Shown in pieces: positions 25,260-39,144 of a stretch of 64,000 nt of DNA. The stretch spans positions 305,598,001 through 305,662,000 of the forward strand of contig OZ024740.1 in the NCBI GenBank assembly GCA_964016885.1. The letters are read 5' to 3'. Position 1 is the first letter of the stretch, and the number at the start of each line of letters is the position of its first letter. Source of the stretch: Eledone cirrhosa (taxonomy: Eukaryota). The position numbers were made by a program, and so were the translations under genes. A model generated the notes under the pieces. The model was not told where the DNA came from, searched no databases, and saw only the letters and a list, made by a program, of their open reading frames with translations.

Positions 25260-28200
25260 TGAAGGCAATTTCTACCAATACTTGTTGGTTTTTATTGCTC
25301 ATTATCGACAATAAATGACATTAAACAGAAATGATAACTCTGTCAAAGCTCACAATACTGATCAAAGGACACCAATGTCTGAATCATTTACGCCGAATAT
25401 TCATAGCAGTGAAGGCAATTTCTACCAATACTTGTTGGTATTTATTGCGCAACATAGCAGTGAAAGCAATTTTTACCTATACTTGTTTGTTTTTATTGCT
25501 CATAACGACATTAAATGACATTGAACATAAATGATAATAACTGTCAAAGCTCACAATACTGATCAAAGGACACCAATGTCCGAATCATTTACGTCGCATT
25601 AAAGATATGCATACATCAGCTCAAAGCTTCATTATAGACAATATTCAGGGTTGTTCCTCTGTTAGTGGTATCAATTATAAATTTTACACCATCAGGATCG
25701 CACACTTGAGATGTAGCAACATACAGTTTCCCATGGCTGAATGCTGGATCATTCAAGTAGACACCGACTCGCTTGAAAGTCTGTCCTTGTGCCTTGTTGA
25801 CAGTCATGGAGAAGGCCAAATTGACGGGAAACTGTCTCCTTTGCCAAATAAATGGCAGCAGATCTTCACTTGGTCTCAGCATGATCCTCGGAATGAGAAC
25901 CGAGTCCTCTCTGCTTAGGAGTTTAGCTTCTAAAACTCTTCCGTTAATCAATCTCTCAACAACCAATCTGGTACCATTGCAAAGACCCATTTTATGATTG
26001 ATATTTCTAAGCAATATAATCGGCATACCCTCTTTCAACCTCAAAATAATATGGGGGGGGGGGATCCGGGTATTTGAAGTGAATTCAGATACTCAGTCGG
26101 AACATCCATATTGTTCTGCTGATTAGGCTCCATTGCATCCGCACTGACGGTCAACCATTCCTCTCCAGGAAACATTCCGGCTACTTGTGAATTTATTTCA
26201 TCGACCATTGCATGAGTTAGAATAACGCGTTCCGATATCCAGGAGATATTCTGCCAAAAAGCATTCAAATTAGGGAACACCCAGTCAATCAATGCTTGGC
26301 GGTCCAGTGGCATGACCAAATGGTCTGGGATCTTACAGTCCGATTATCACCAACGTGTGGCAATTCATCGTTTCCCAACTGCATCAACCATCGGCCGTAT
26401 GTCTCAGCCTCTTCGTTTTTGCCCGAACATACGAAGTCGCATATTATCGTGTAATCGTAAAACTCTGAAATGGCGCCACAACGGGGACTTTTTCAGACAT
26501 GCATCGACAATTTGCGCTCTTCCTAACAATTGGTAGCACCTGTCTGAAATCGCCACCAAGAACGACAGTCTTACCACCGAATGGCAGGTCACTACCGCAG
26601 ATATCTCTCAAAGCTCTGTCCAATGCCTCCAGCAAATATCTGTGTGCCATTGGAGCCTCGTCCCAAATAATCAGAGACGTATTGCGTATAAGGCCCGCGA
26701 GTTCACTTTGTCCTGTAATGTTACAGACGCTCAACTTATCCGGAGCCAATGGAGCCTTGAAGCATGAGTGGAAGGTCCTTCCACCACTCAGCAAAGTGGC
26801 AGCGATCCCACTGGTGGCCACAGGGAGAGCAATCTTCCTCTGAGCTCTGACTGCCGATAACATAGTGTTGAAACAGAATGTCTTCCCGGTGCCTGCTGGA
26901 GCATCTATGAAAGCACAAACTTGCTCATTAGTGGAAATTGAGTGGAGAACGCCATCGACCAATTCTCTCTGAGATTGGGTCAACATTGGCATACGTTCAT
27001 CCACAATACGTTGCTGTTCCAGTGGATGAAACTGGAATAGTTCCCTCCGATCGAGTGGCAACCGTCTAAGCTGCAATCTCATGTTCAATACTAAGACACG
27101 TTGCCGCATTTCTTCATCAGGAATTGGCAAATTGAAATCTGTTAAACATTTGAAATGAACTTCAAGCAGTTGCTCAATATTGAGCAAAACAATAGCTTTC
27201 ATCAACTTTTCATCATCGACCTCAAGCTAATGCCTAAAATCATCAGCCATAATTCCCCCATGGCGTTCAAATAACTCTCTTGGTTCGGCAGGATTGCAGA
27301 ATCCTAGAATTGTGACAAACAACTGCCTTATTTGAGCTGGCATCTGTGTTGTTCCTGCAGCTTCCATGGCGTTATTCCATTCAGCGTCATCTTGAAGGAG
27401 TCCCAGATGCTGACACACAGCCTGGTATGTTTCATATTCCACGCCATTGATTGTTTTCAAATCAGCGAAGTTCTGTTTACCTATCGAAAAATCATTATGC
27501 AACAGAATTCGGAGATAAAACACATCACCAGATGCTGGATGGACATTACAAACCCGTCCAATAGTCATGAATCTCAACTTTAGTTTTCTATCATTCCATT
27601 TCTTTCCCTTCTTATCCCACGTATAGTACGAAGGGAAATGGCAGTAGAGTTGCCTTTGATCCGAGTTCAAAGCATGTTCCCTATTATGCTTGAACCACTC
27701 AGTTAATTCCGTCTTAGGAGGTGGTGCGTTAGCAATTCTTTCGACACCTCTTCTAGTGTTCTAAAAACAGGCCTATTCTTTAAGTGAACCGTCAGTTTCT
27801 GAACGCTGGGTTTGCGTTCATTGAGATCAAAATCGAACAATCTCCAGCAAGCTTCGCTAGATCCAATCGAGCGAACATCCTGGAATCTGCCAACTTCAAC
27901 TCCTTGGTTCGCTTCCTCATTCCTGACATTGATCATTACCCGATCATGACCTTTGTAAACATATTTGAATAGATATTTGCAAGCTTTCACTGAGCTACAA
28001 ATTTCCACATTAATATGACAACGATATTTCATAATCAAATATGGATTGTATGGCACAACCCATTGATTTGTAACCTGTCGACTGTTTACATTTTTGACCA
28101 AACCGCCATCTGCAGGCGACCGTCTTCTGTATGAGGGATGAGCATCCCCATCGTTCCAGGAAGTGTTCGTGACAAAAGATTTCGGAAAGTGCTTACTGCA

Positions 28201-29220
28201 TTGGCCATTTTTCATGCAAAGCGCTTTCTGATTTGCCACTCCGCATTGGTTGTGCACCATTGACTTTGCCACCAAGTTGCGTAGTGCCTCATTCTCCGGC
28301 AGTTCAGCACATACAATGCTGTCGACATCCTCAGCACATCTCAATTTGCAATCTCTATGTAAAATGATCAGCAAATGTGCATGTGGCAATCCTCTTTTTT
28401 AGAATTCAATTACGTATGTAAAAGCATCTATTCCTCCAAAGATACCCTCTTTTTCCAGATCATCCATTATCTTTTTCAGATATCCTTTGAATACTCTTGC
28501 CACAATATCAGGACGGTCCTTTGGCTGTTGTCCTGGCAAAAGTACATCCTTAATATCAGTCCATTCAGGATTGCATGTAACCGTTATAAACAAATCTGGC
28601 TTTCCAAACTTTCTGACAATAGCATCCAGATAGCGAATGTTCATATATCTCGGGCCGCCGATGAACGACGATGGCAAAATGACGCGTCGACCAATTTGCT
28701 TGTAATTGGCATCATCGGCTGTTATCGCATCCTGTATATTATTATACAATTCAGCTCTGATATGTTGCTGATGTATAGCTATATAATTTAGCCTTTGATT
28801 TTCGATCTTCATAACTCCCTTCACAACTCTGTATATGTTAGACTGACAGACAGGCACACAGACAGATAAACTGCGTGGCGATTGTGGAACGCCACACACA
28901 TACACGCATGGAAACGCGCACACGCACGCAAACGTACACACGCACACACTCACACATGTTGATAGTTTTTACTTTCTGTGGAACGCTGCACGCACGCACA
29001 CACACATAAACATACGTGCACGTACATACACACGCACACATGTTAATAGTTATTGAACACAGCGTTCACACTCTCCCCTCTCACTCCCTTATTGGCATTA
29101 TGCATATTAATTTCAGTTTGGCGTCGTTGAGGTGGGCGGAGTCATTTGAAACCTGTGAACCAATGATAATCGAGAATTATGACACACGGAATACTGACGT
29201 TGTTCAAATTAATATATAGA
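25260..29220 (-). mobile_element. Helitron, decayed autonomous-type copy
   Basis: 5' 'TCtatatattaatttgaac' at 29220 on the minus strand; RepHel fragments inside; 3' boundary uncertain and may extend to 24513. Confidence 0.85.
25616..28830 (-). pseudogene. Helitron RepHel (HUH Rep + PIF1 helicase) pseudogene
   Basis: ILPSSFIGGPRYM, FGKPDLFITVTCNPEW, PHAHLLI (HUH), KYLFKYVYKG, APAGTGKT, WDEAPM, GGDFRQVLP and RRQFPVNLAFSMTVNKAQGQT across six broken frames. Confidence 0.95.
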
Positions 29221-29257
29221 TATGTATGTATGTGCGTGTGTAAACCAGCGTTCGTCG

Positions 29258-29344
<87 letters not shown>

Positions 29345-30363
29345 GAATATCTTGTACCTCTCTCTGTATAACTGCCTATCTCACCCTCTCTCTACCTCGC
29401 CATCTCTCTCTTTAGATGTATATGTATATGTGTGTGTGTGTAGTTTTCGTGCAACCAACCAACCAACCAACCAATATTTATCTAGGAGCCGCATTAGACA
29501 AAAACTTGAAAAACACTTCTGGGAACATAGTGAATGTTCCAAATTTGAAGAAAATCGGTTGCAAAATGTAGAAGTTACATGGGTACGGACATACGCACAC
29601 ACATCCTCAATGTTATCTGTTAGAACACGAAAAGTGTGAAACAACAGAATGTTCACTTTTCGTGTTCTAACATATATGCGTAGCTTCTTAAAAAATTTTT
29701 CGGGGATAGCCGTGGTGGTGGTGATCGTATGTCATTGGCTAATTTTCAACCAATCAGAGTACCTCTCTCTATATCTCTTCCACTGTTACTTACGCCTGTT
29801 TCTCTCTATCTGTTCCGTCTCTATATATATATCTCTTACTCTTTCGCTTTGCACTCCTCCCCTTCAATACCATCTCTCCCCCTCTCTATATATTTGTTAC
29901 TCTATCGCTGCACGCTCCTCTCCTTCAATATATCAATTACACACGCTTTACACTCCTTTATCCCCAGCGCCCCTATATATACACCCCCCCTCTCCCGCAT
30001 CTATATTTTAATGTACCGTTGCACCGTGAATATATGTGTCTATATATATATACATATATATTGTATATACACATTCATGTATGTGTATACACACTCATGT
30101 ATGTATATACACTGGTTTTATGTGTGTATTGTAAATTTGTACTGTTAAAACACGAAACTAACATTCGATTGACACTTTGATTACCTGTACAGGCAATAGT
30201 TATTAGAATGCTGTTGAAGTGTGTATATATTTTTGGGGGACATCCTGTATATACACACATTATATATAATACAATAAACAGATAAATACACACATATATA
30301 TATGAGCTTATTTAATTATAAATATTGTGAATTTTTAACTCAGTTCAATTATATATATAAATG

Positions 30364-30410
30364 GTTTCTACAGGACTAGAACTGTTTCATTCGAAAGAAA
30401 TCATCATAAT
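30364..30410 (-). ncRNA. Degenerate hammerhead motif
   Basis: Minus strand: aTGATGA-tttctttcgaat-GAAACAG-ttctagtc-CTGTA; C3 is mutated and stem I is poor. Confidence 0.4.
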
Positions 30411-31021
30411 ATTGAGAGGGGGGACTAGATAAAATATTTCAAATCAAATGTGTATAAGTTATAAGTTAAAATGTATAAATAGAGACGATAGTGGAGGTAT
30501 ATCTGTTTAGTGGAACAGTAGACGATAGAATTAAATACAGACGATAATCTCCCTTTAATGAAACAGCAGACTATAGAATTAAGGCAATTTAAATTTTAAG
30601 CATTTGCATTTTTGCCTTTCATCGTTACGGGGTTGATAAAATAAAGTACCAGTAATACACTGTCACTAGACGACTTTCAAATTGAATTGTTGGTTCCATT
30701 TCTTTAGTATTTTCAATTGTAGTTATCTACTTAAAAAGCGTTACACGGTTAGAGACATAATTCGTAAGTTATATCTTCCCTATTAAACCATTGCATTATT
30801 TCGCCTACAATAGAACAAAAATGAAATGTTCTTTAAAGAAATAGGAATATAACTTTATAAAAAAAAAAGTTGCATCCGCTTCTTTTATCATTGATAATTT
30901 TTTCGTTTTAATATTAATTGTTTTTTGTAGTTGTTTATATTAAAAATCTTACTGTAATATTTACTTAAACGAAGGCAAACATCTAAACTTATAGATTAAT
31001 CTTGAGCGAAGGACTAGATAA

Positions 31022-31088
<67 letters not shown>

Positions 31089-31469
31089 AACGAAGAATGA
31101 TAAAATTTCAAGCAAAGAGTTTAATTAGGTATATTTTGTAATATTATTAACTAATTATTATAATTAACGCGCATATTTTGCTATCCTCAAACACGTTTAC
31201 ACATGGCATGAAATATAACTAATCCGAGATGGCTAGGTTTCATCTTCTAACTGGATATACGAAATCCATTATGTCTTGACAACAACATGAGGTAACATTA
31301 TGTTATTCACAGACACACTTTGTACACTGTTCCATATCAGAATGTATTTCCTTCGTCACATTCACAAACAGTATTGAAAATATGTTCTTCGGCAAATAAA
31401 AATGTTTTGTTCATAATATTTCAACTAGCGATTGCTCTACTCCACGCACGACCACCATAAATTAATGAC

Positions 31470-31655
31470 CAGCTCAACACAAGTATTGGTAGAGCGTCAG
31501 ACACCATGCTTTGCAGTATTGTTATGGTCCTTTGCATTCTAAGTTCAAATCCTGCCGAGGTTAACTTCGACTTTCATACTTACTAATTCGATAAAATAAA
31601 GTACCAGTAATGGACTGCCGTAATGGATTTGTGCCGAAAAATAGAAACACTATTA
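31470..31655 (+). mobile_element. SINE family A copy
   Basis: 'aagttcaaatcctgccgaggttaacttc...cgataaaataaagtaccagt'. Confidence 0.7.
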
Positions 31656-32205
31656 ATGTGCAATAAGAGCAAAATATAACGACATTGCTCAATTATTTTA
31701 TCTAATGTTGTAATAACACAAGGAAATGTTGTTTGTGTATTTTTTTTTATATTTGCTCATAGGCTTTTACAATTTCGCTCAGCCAACAACTATTAAAAAG
31801 TGAGTTGCTTAAGATAACAATTTAATCACAAATTGTTGCTATCTTTTAATACACTCCAACAAGTCATCAAATTATGTACAATAAAAACAAATCTTATTAA
31901 TTTGCTCAGGGAATATAAAGAAAATGTATATACACTGATAATTGCAATTGTATGTAAATATTTTGTTTTTGTATTGTATATTTTATGTTTTCTATTATGT
32001 ATAATATATTGATTTAATATTGATTGTTTTTTGTAGTTGTTTATATTAAAAGTCTGAAAATATTTTTATACATCTTACACTAATATTTATAAGATAATTT
32101 ATAATAACAATTACATAATCTAATTACATTACAACGATAATTTATTATTAATATATATCCTGTTTAACTAGAGTTATTACAAGCGTTGCCTTAAAAAAAT
32201 ATTAA

Positions 32206-33163
32206 ACTAGACATGAAAAATGCGCAAGCTCAAAAGTGCCACAGAATGTTATAATAAACCTTCAAAAGTGTGGGACTAGAGTTGTTGCTAAAAAATATTG
32301 TAATCATTATATATCGTACATTCTGTGGCATCCTTTATAAAAATAGCTTAAACCAACGAAGCCTTTATTTTTACGCTATTTCACTTAGTTAATTCTTAGA
32401 GTGTAACATATAAAAATAAATACATCTATGTTTAATGTAATAACAGCTATAAATAATTACGTAATATTATTATCATATACTCATAGTAACAAAATAATTG
32501 TGTTGAAACTTAATATGATGCTTATATGAACGATCAAATCTATAATGATAATTTCTTAAATATACTAATAGTAAAATAATTTAGTTATCTATTGTTACAT
32601 TTTCATAGAACTATAATATTAACAATCGTATTGCATTATCAAATTTTTATCACTACAAACTTTCATATTGGAATTACCTTAAGCCACTTATTATTACTTC
32701 GCTTTCGTACTTTTACAGCTGTAGATATTGCGCTGTATCTTATATCTAATATCAATATCTCGTGGTAATTTGCATGAAGTGTAAAATAGGTTTATTAATA
32801 ACTTTAATATGAAATGTATTATACAGGGCTGCGGAGTCGGCCAAAAATTGACTGGCTCCAACTCAGGATCCGATACTCCATTATTTCCTAAATTTCAGCT
32901 CCGCAGCTCTGTTATTATATTAATTAATTTATTTTATAGTTGTAAATGATATTTTTATATGTTACACTCTAAGAATTAACTAAGTGAAATAGCGTAAAAA
33001 TAAAGGCTTCGTTGGTTTAAGCTATTTTTATAAAGGATGCCACAGAATGTACGATATATAATGATTACAATATTTTTTAGCAACAACTCTAGTCCCACAC
33101 TTTTGAAGGTTTATTATAACATTCTGTGGCACTTTTGAGCTTGCGCATTTTTCATGTCTAGTA
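32206..33163. repeat. Inverted repeat with ~210-bp near-perfect arms and an ~530-bp spacer
   Basis: 32206-32418 is the reverse complement of 32951-33163. Confidence 0.92.
32823..32911. mobile_element. Tiny hAT-type MITE
   Basis: TIRs cagggctgcggag / ctccgcagctctg. Confidence 0.65.
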
Positions 33164-33554
33164 TATATATAGATTAGTTTTTATATGGTCGTCGAATCTG
33201 TTAGAAATAGCAGCCAAATCACAATGTATTGTCTCAAATCGACACATTGAGAAAAGATACTCTGATTTGACTGCTATTTCTAACATATTCAGCAACCATA
33301 CATTCGATTTATGAAATATCAACCTTAAAGTACGTGTATTTTCTTGAATATTATTTGCTTTGTATTGCTCAAACGATATATGTCTCTTTCTCTCTCTACA
33401 TATATATTTTAACTTGAATTATTGATGCTCTGAACCAAAGCCCATTAAGCTTATTTATTGAGAAACATGATTGTTGCAAGAGCGGGAGGGATCGTCCTGA
33501 CGAGAATAGTTCGAAATGCTCATCGCCGATTACCCCCCTTGTTTATGCTGGACA

Positions 33555-33568
33555 CCACTAGGTGGCGA
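33555..33568 (+). promoter_or_regulatory. CTCF-consensus motif
   Basis: 'ccactaggtggcga' matches the CCASYAGRKGGCR consensus, in a locally GC-richer patch. Confidence 0.4.
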
Positions 33569-33778
33569 TAGCCACTGGTGTTTTTGCATAGCTACGGCTT
33601 TCTAAATGTTTATTTATAAGCATATCGTATTTCTTTAGAAATACGAAGTTCCAATACATCTGTGTATACAGCTATGCTCGAAGCTAAATTCTAATTCTAT
33701 TCTATTATAAGTTGAGCCGAATTATACAGCTTCATATGTTTATTTATAAACATACCGCATTTCTTTAGAAATACGAAA

Positions 33779-33851
<73 letters not shown>

Positions 33852-34069
33852 TTTCTGAATTTGTTTAGCAAGATTCTTTATCTGAAATCGTGTGTTGAAA
33901 CCGATATTGTTATACTTTGGGAGGGTCATGTTGCCAATAAGAAACACACGCACCAGTTGCTTTCACTTCAATTTATTATATATTTATAAATTTATAAATT
34001 TACAAATCTACAAATTTATAAATTTCTGGTTGGTTGGTTGGTTCCACAACCAGATAGTTGTTTATATAT

Positions 34070-34114
34070 AGTCATAGTCCTTTCGTCACACACTCTGTGA
34101 CCTCTTCAGTGACT
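34070..34114 (-). ncRNA. Hammerhead motif, inverted copy
   Basis: Reverse complement of 34229-34273. Confidence 0.75.
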
Positions 34115-34228
34115 GGGGATTCCTTCTTTGTTTCTGTGCCTTTCCTTTCTTCTGTCCTACGCCATTTTGTTTCAAAATGGCTTGGGAGAGAAGAAAGGAA
34201 AGGCACAGAAACAAAGAAAGGAATCCCC

Positions 34229-34273
34229 AGTCACTGAAGAGGTCACAGAGTGTGTGACGAAAGGACTATGACT
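34229..34273 (+). ncRNA. Minimal type-I hammerhead ribozyme motif
   Basis: agtca-CTGAAGA-g-gtcac-agagtgt-gtgac-GAAA-g-ga-c-T-A-tgact. Confidence 0.75.
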
Positions 34274-34431
34274 ATATATAAACAACTATCTGGTTGTGGA
34301 ACCAACCAACCAACCAGAAATTTATAAATTTGTAGATTTGTAAATTTATAAATTTATAAATATATAATAAATTGAAGTGAAAGCAACTGGTGCGTGTGTT
34401 TCTTATTGGCAACATGACCCTCCCAAAGTAT

Positions 34432-34509
<78 letters not shown>

Positions 34510-34803
34510 TTCAAAGGGTATATATATATATAATTAGACATAGTCACAGATACATATATGAGTTTGGCAACCTTTCACGGTGTGGCTCAATGAGGAATTA
34601 ATTAAGCAAATAATTATTAATCAGGGCTATATATAAAAATGTAAGTCCAAAGAACCATTAGATAAAATATATACAGTATTTCCTCTCCCAATCAGTATAA
34701 ATTAACCACATAAAAAATAATTTAAACGAGGCTATAAGTTTAAAATGTACTTATGAAGAAAAGCATTGTATATAATACATTATATAATGTGGAAAGTTAT
34801 ATA

Positions 34804-34838
<35 letters not shown>

Positions 34839-35209
34839 GCCCAATATAGGTCTGTTATTTTTCTTAATTTATTACTTAAAATTAAGTCTGACAAACCATA
34901 TTGCTGTAGTTAGTATTTTTTCACCCTAGCAAACTTGGTCCTTACGATTCGAACACGTGTATGTTTATATTAGTGTTCATCTCTCTTGTTTATTCAATTA
35001 TATTACACGGCTCGGAAAAGCTTTTTTCTTAGAGCTATTTAATTGTAAGAGACTACTCTGAGTTTCTAACTCACTATATATATATATATATATATTTCTT
35101 TTTGAAGAACTACTGGCTTTTCAAATTTAGCTGTCCTTTTAGCACTGACGGGGACCATCACTAATTTATTAATATCGATGTAGTTTTTTATATCGATATT
35201 GAATGGGCA

Positions 35210-35332
35210 TCCACTGATGAGTTATAAGGGCCCGCTTGTGTGTATATCTATGGATTATATACACGTTTCTACATAACCTGGACATTATTTATCCCAACTT
35301 GTAGAAATCTTGTAACGAAACGATCGTATGGA
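35210..35332 (+). ncRNA. Type-I hammerhead with a branched, extended stem II
   Basis: tcca-CTGATGA-gttataag...cttgtaac-GAAAC-gatc-GTA-tgga. Confidence 0.75.
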
Positions 35333-35512
35333 ACGAAAGAGAGATTTATTTAATAATGTCTCATATAAAATAATACAACCAGCTATCCACGAAATACTCA
35401 TTAGTTAGCACCCCAAACACTAAATTGTGATTATACTTAGGTATATCCTAATGTTTGTTGAGTGAGATGGAGTTGGTCAGAGTATCGCTTAAAGCTCTCT
35501 CTGTTAATGTAT

Positions 35513-35590
<78 letters not shown>

Positions 35591-35790
35591 CAATATGTTG
35601 AAAAGGTAACACACTAGAGAGAGATACAGTGCGCCATCAATAAAACGGAAAAACCACCAGTGTATGGAATCTATAACCTATAGATCTATAACCTTTTCAA
35701 CATATTGTATTTTAAAGTGCCGAGGATTTCCTCTCCTTCGAGCACATTATTTACAGGGAACGGCGAGAGTCTATGGCTCCGTTAATGTAT

Positions 35791-35888
<98 letters not shown>

Positions 35889-36046
35889 TTATTAAAATAA
35901 CAGATTAAAAGTTTAAGCAAAGAATCTGTTATTTTAATAAATATATTGCTTTGGGGTTCATATATATTTGATATATACTTATCCTTATCGAGCCCTCTTT
36001 TGATTTTAGTCTTCACATTTATTATTATTATTATCAGTAGTTCTAG

Positions 36047-36240
36047 GGCGGTGGATTGGCAGTATCGGTAGATAGTCGGGCGCTATGCTTTGAAGCAAAG
36101 AGTTAAGGCCCTTTATGGTCTGAGTTCAAATCCCGCCGAGGTTAACTTTGCCTTTCATCCTTACGGGGTCGATAAAATAAAGTACCAGTAATACACTGGG
36201 ATAATTGCTGGCCTTGTGCCAAAAGTAGAAACAATTATTA
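36047..36240 (+). mobile_element. SINE family A, full length
   Basis: 'ggcggtggattggcagtatcggtag', B-box 'gagttcaaatccc', core, and 'gtagaaacaattatta' tail. Confidence 0.85.
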
Positions 36241-36555
36241 TCAGTAGTTCTTAGTTGAAGAACTCACCAATATTTTTTACTAACTGCTGTGACATTCTTT
36301 ATCCTCATAATTTCTATGTTATCAAGTCAGACTTAATATAAACAGATAGTTCACGTAAAACAACAGATTGAAAGAGAACATGAAAGATATCAAACATGAT
36401 AACATAAACGATATTCTTTATTTGTTTAGTGATACAAAAACAACAAAAATTCAATGTGATATGACAATATTACATAGGCTCAGTAAAAAAGAAAATATGA
36501 AACAAAAGAAAAACAATGAACAACAAAAATATCAATGGTTTTCAGGCAGAAAGCC

Positions 36556-36760
36556 GTATGTATGTATGTATGTATGTATGTATGTATGTATGTATGTATG
36601 TATGTATGTATGTATGTATGTATGTATGTATGTATGTATGTATGTATGTATGTATGTATGTATGTATGTATGTATGTATGTATGTATGTAGGTAGGTAGG
36701 TAGGTAGGTAGGTAGGTAGGTAGGTAGGTAGGTAGGTAGGTAGGTAGGTATGTATGTATG
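36556..36760. repeat. (GTAT)n/(GTAG)n compound microsatellite
   Basis: Seen directly; one of many (TA)n, (CA)n and tetranucleotide tracts in the window. Confidence 0.95.
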
Positions 36761-37129
36761 CATGCATGCATGTATATATATGTGTGTGTGTGTGTGTAGA
36801 TATATATCTGTATATATATATATATATATATTTCTTAAGGGGTTGAATATATGTGAATTACTTAACCCTTGTATATTCAGTTCTAATATTGGCACCAGGC
36901 CACATATATGTAAAGAAACAACAGAGTTGATTGAATCCACTCAAATTTTATACTTATATTTATTTTATCAACTCCAAAGGAAGAGAGACAAAATGGACAC
37001 TGGTGAGATTTTCTCACAGAATGTAAAAATCAAACAAACAAACAAAACAAAGTCCCCCAAAACGTAACTAAATACCACAAGTACTTAGGCCGGTACTCTG
37101 TTTTCTACCACTGTACTGTTCACAACATG

Positions 37130-37440
37130 ACCGAGTGGTTGATCTCGCTATCAAGAGATCTAGAGTTCAATCTTACTACAGGAAATCTTGAGCCAGTGTT
37201 TTATTTTATTTTATTTTAACTTCGAGTTGACCCAAATATTGTGAATGAAATTGGTGGTGGTGGTGGGGGACCGTACAGAGATTCATTGAATGGATTGTGC
37301 CTGCAGTTCAAAAGTTCAGCCTTGTTACTTTATCAAGCCGATTCTGCTCGAGGGTTACGTTAAGGATACACTTGTCTGTGGAACACACAGCCACTTACAC
37401 ATTAATTCAGTGAGCATGTGGTTCAGCTCAATAATCATCG
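37130..37440 (+). mobile_element. SINE family B copy
   Basis: 'ccgagtggtt...gagttcaatc' head; body similar to 43825-44120. Confidence 0.55.
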
Positions 37441-38843
37441 CCGAAATCGATGGAGATTCATTTACTTTATTTACTTTCCCACTTACCACTGTTGGTCCAG
37501 GTATATACACTGGTATTATCTACCAAGTATGATGAATGGCAAAGTCGACCTTGTCCATGAGATTTGGATTTAGAATTATGAATTACAAGGAATGAATCTA
37601 TTAGAGCCGTTCTGTGCAAGCACTTTCTTCCTCAACAAAATATATATCTGTATGAATACGTCTTTCAAGTAAATCATCAGTTGCTAGCACCTAAATTATT
37701 ATGTTCTGTTACCATGGCAATTGTAACTGGAGCGAGATAGTGGTAGAAAAATGTTTAAAGTCCTGCTCGACACTGATCATTTTAAATCTGGCGGAACACA
37801 TCTCTCTCCAGGTCGTAACACAGCCGATAATTTCCAAAAAGAGAGTGGTGAAGAGAGATAGTGGAAGAATCGAATTGGTACTATATTTATTGACCTCGAA
37901 AGGATGAAAGGCAAAGTTGACCTTAGCGAGATTTAAACTCAGTGTGCCGTGAACCGGAACAAATTCTGAGGAATCTTTAATCAGACGTCTTTAACGACTC
38001 TTTCAATTCACTGTTTGTTATATAGTGACCGGTTATCATTTTGCAAGTGGAAACTTGCGGCCTTTAACTCGACATCGAAACCAAGTGGTGTTTTTCGATG
38101 GTTTGAAAGGAAATGAATCCCTCATTATTTTTTTCTCCCTTTCCTCAAATATGGACACTGAGGCATATAGAATAATCTAGTGTCCAAGAATACGCACATG
38201 CATACACATACACACACGCATGTACAAACACATACAAAGACACCGTCAATAGAATTTGAACATACGACCTAAGGTTTATGAGGCCAACAATTTTAACAAG
38301 GTTGCCTTTACTCTTTATATGTACAATTTTAATCACATAGCCTCCACTTTAGATTTACATGCTTACAAATTCAACACTGAATCGTCTTTCTTTTCTTATA
38401 TAAATACCTGCCCTCTTTTTTTGTTGTTGTTGGCGGGAACACACTTTGATGGAGGGTTCATGTTCAGAGTAGGTGACAAGAGATACAGGTATTTTCATGT
38501 AAAGTCAATGTTGGGGTTGTAGTGAATGAGAATAATGAAGAGAGGGAAAGAAAAACTGAAACAAAACAAAAGAAAATATTGAAACGCTGTTGCGTAGCTG
38601 AAGACTGTCTTCGGTTTTGTTTGTATGACAATCCAAGGAATGTGAAGAAGTTATTGCGGGTGACAAATGTCAACGATCTCAGTAAGCGATTGGTCATGAA
38701 ACTGTTCAATCAGTAAATTGAAACCGCATCGCCGAGCACAACTTTCCGGGGATTTTACCACCATTATTGAGTTGAATGACACGTTAAGTAATGCACGTAG
38801 ATATATATGACGACTGTGCGTGAGAGAGAGTGTGCATGCGCGC

Positions 38844-38875
<32 letters not shown>

Positions 38876-39105
38876 AAGTGTATATGTGTGTGTGTGTGTG
38901 TATGATAGAGCTCACGTAATGTGTATAGAATTGACGACTGTATGTGTGTGTGTGTGTATATGTATGTATGATAGAGCTCAAGTAATGTGTATAGAGTTGA
39001 CGAGTGTTTGTGTGTGTGTGTGTGTGCGTGTGTGTGTGTGAGAGAGAGAGAGTGCGTGAATGCGTGTATATGATAGAGTCCACAAAACGTGTATAGAATT
39101 GACGA

Positions 39106-39144
<39 letters not shown>

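Larger units (their letters stand above)
33850..34437. mobile_element. Fold-back Penelope-like insert between (TA)n tracts with two hammerheads
   Basis: Arms 33905-~34155 and ~34175-34437 are near-perfect reverse complements; left arm is extended; related fragment at 51410-51510. Confidence 0.8.
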
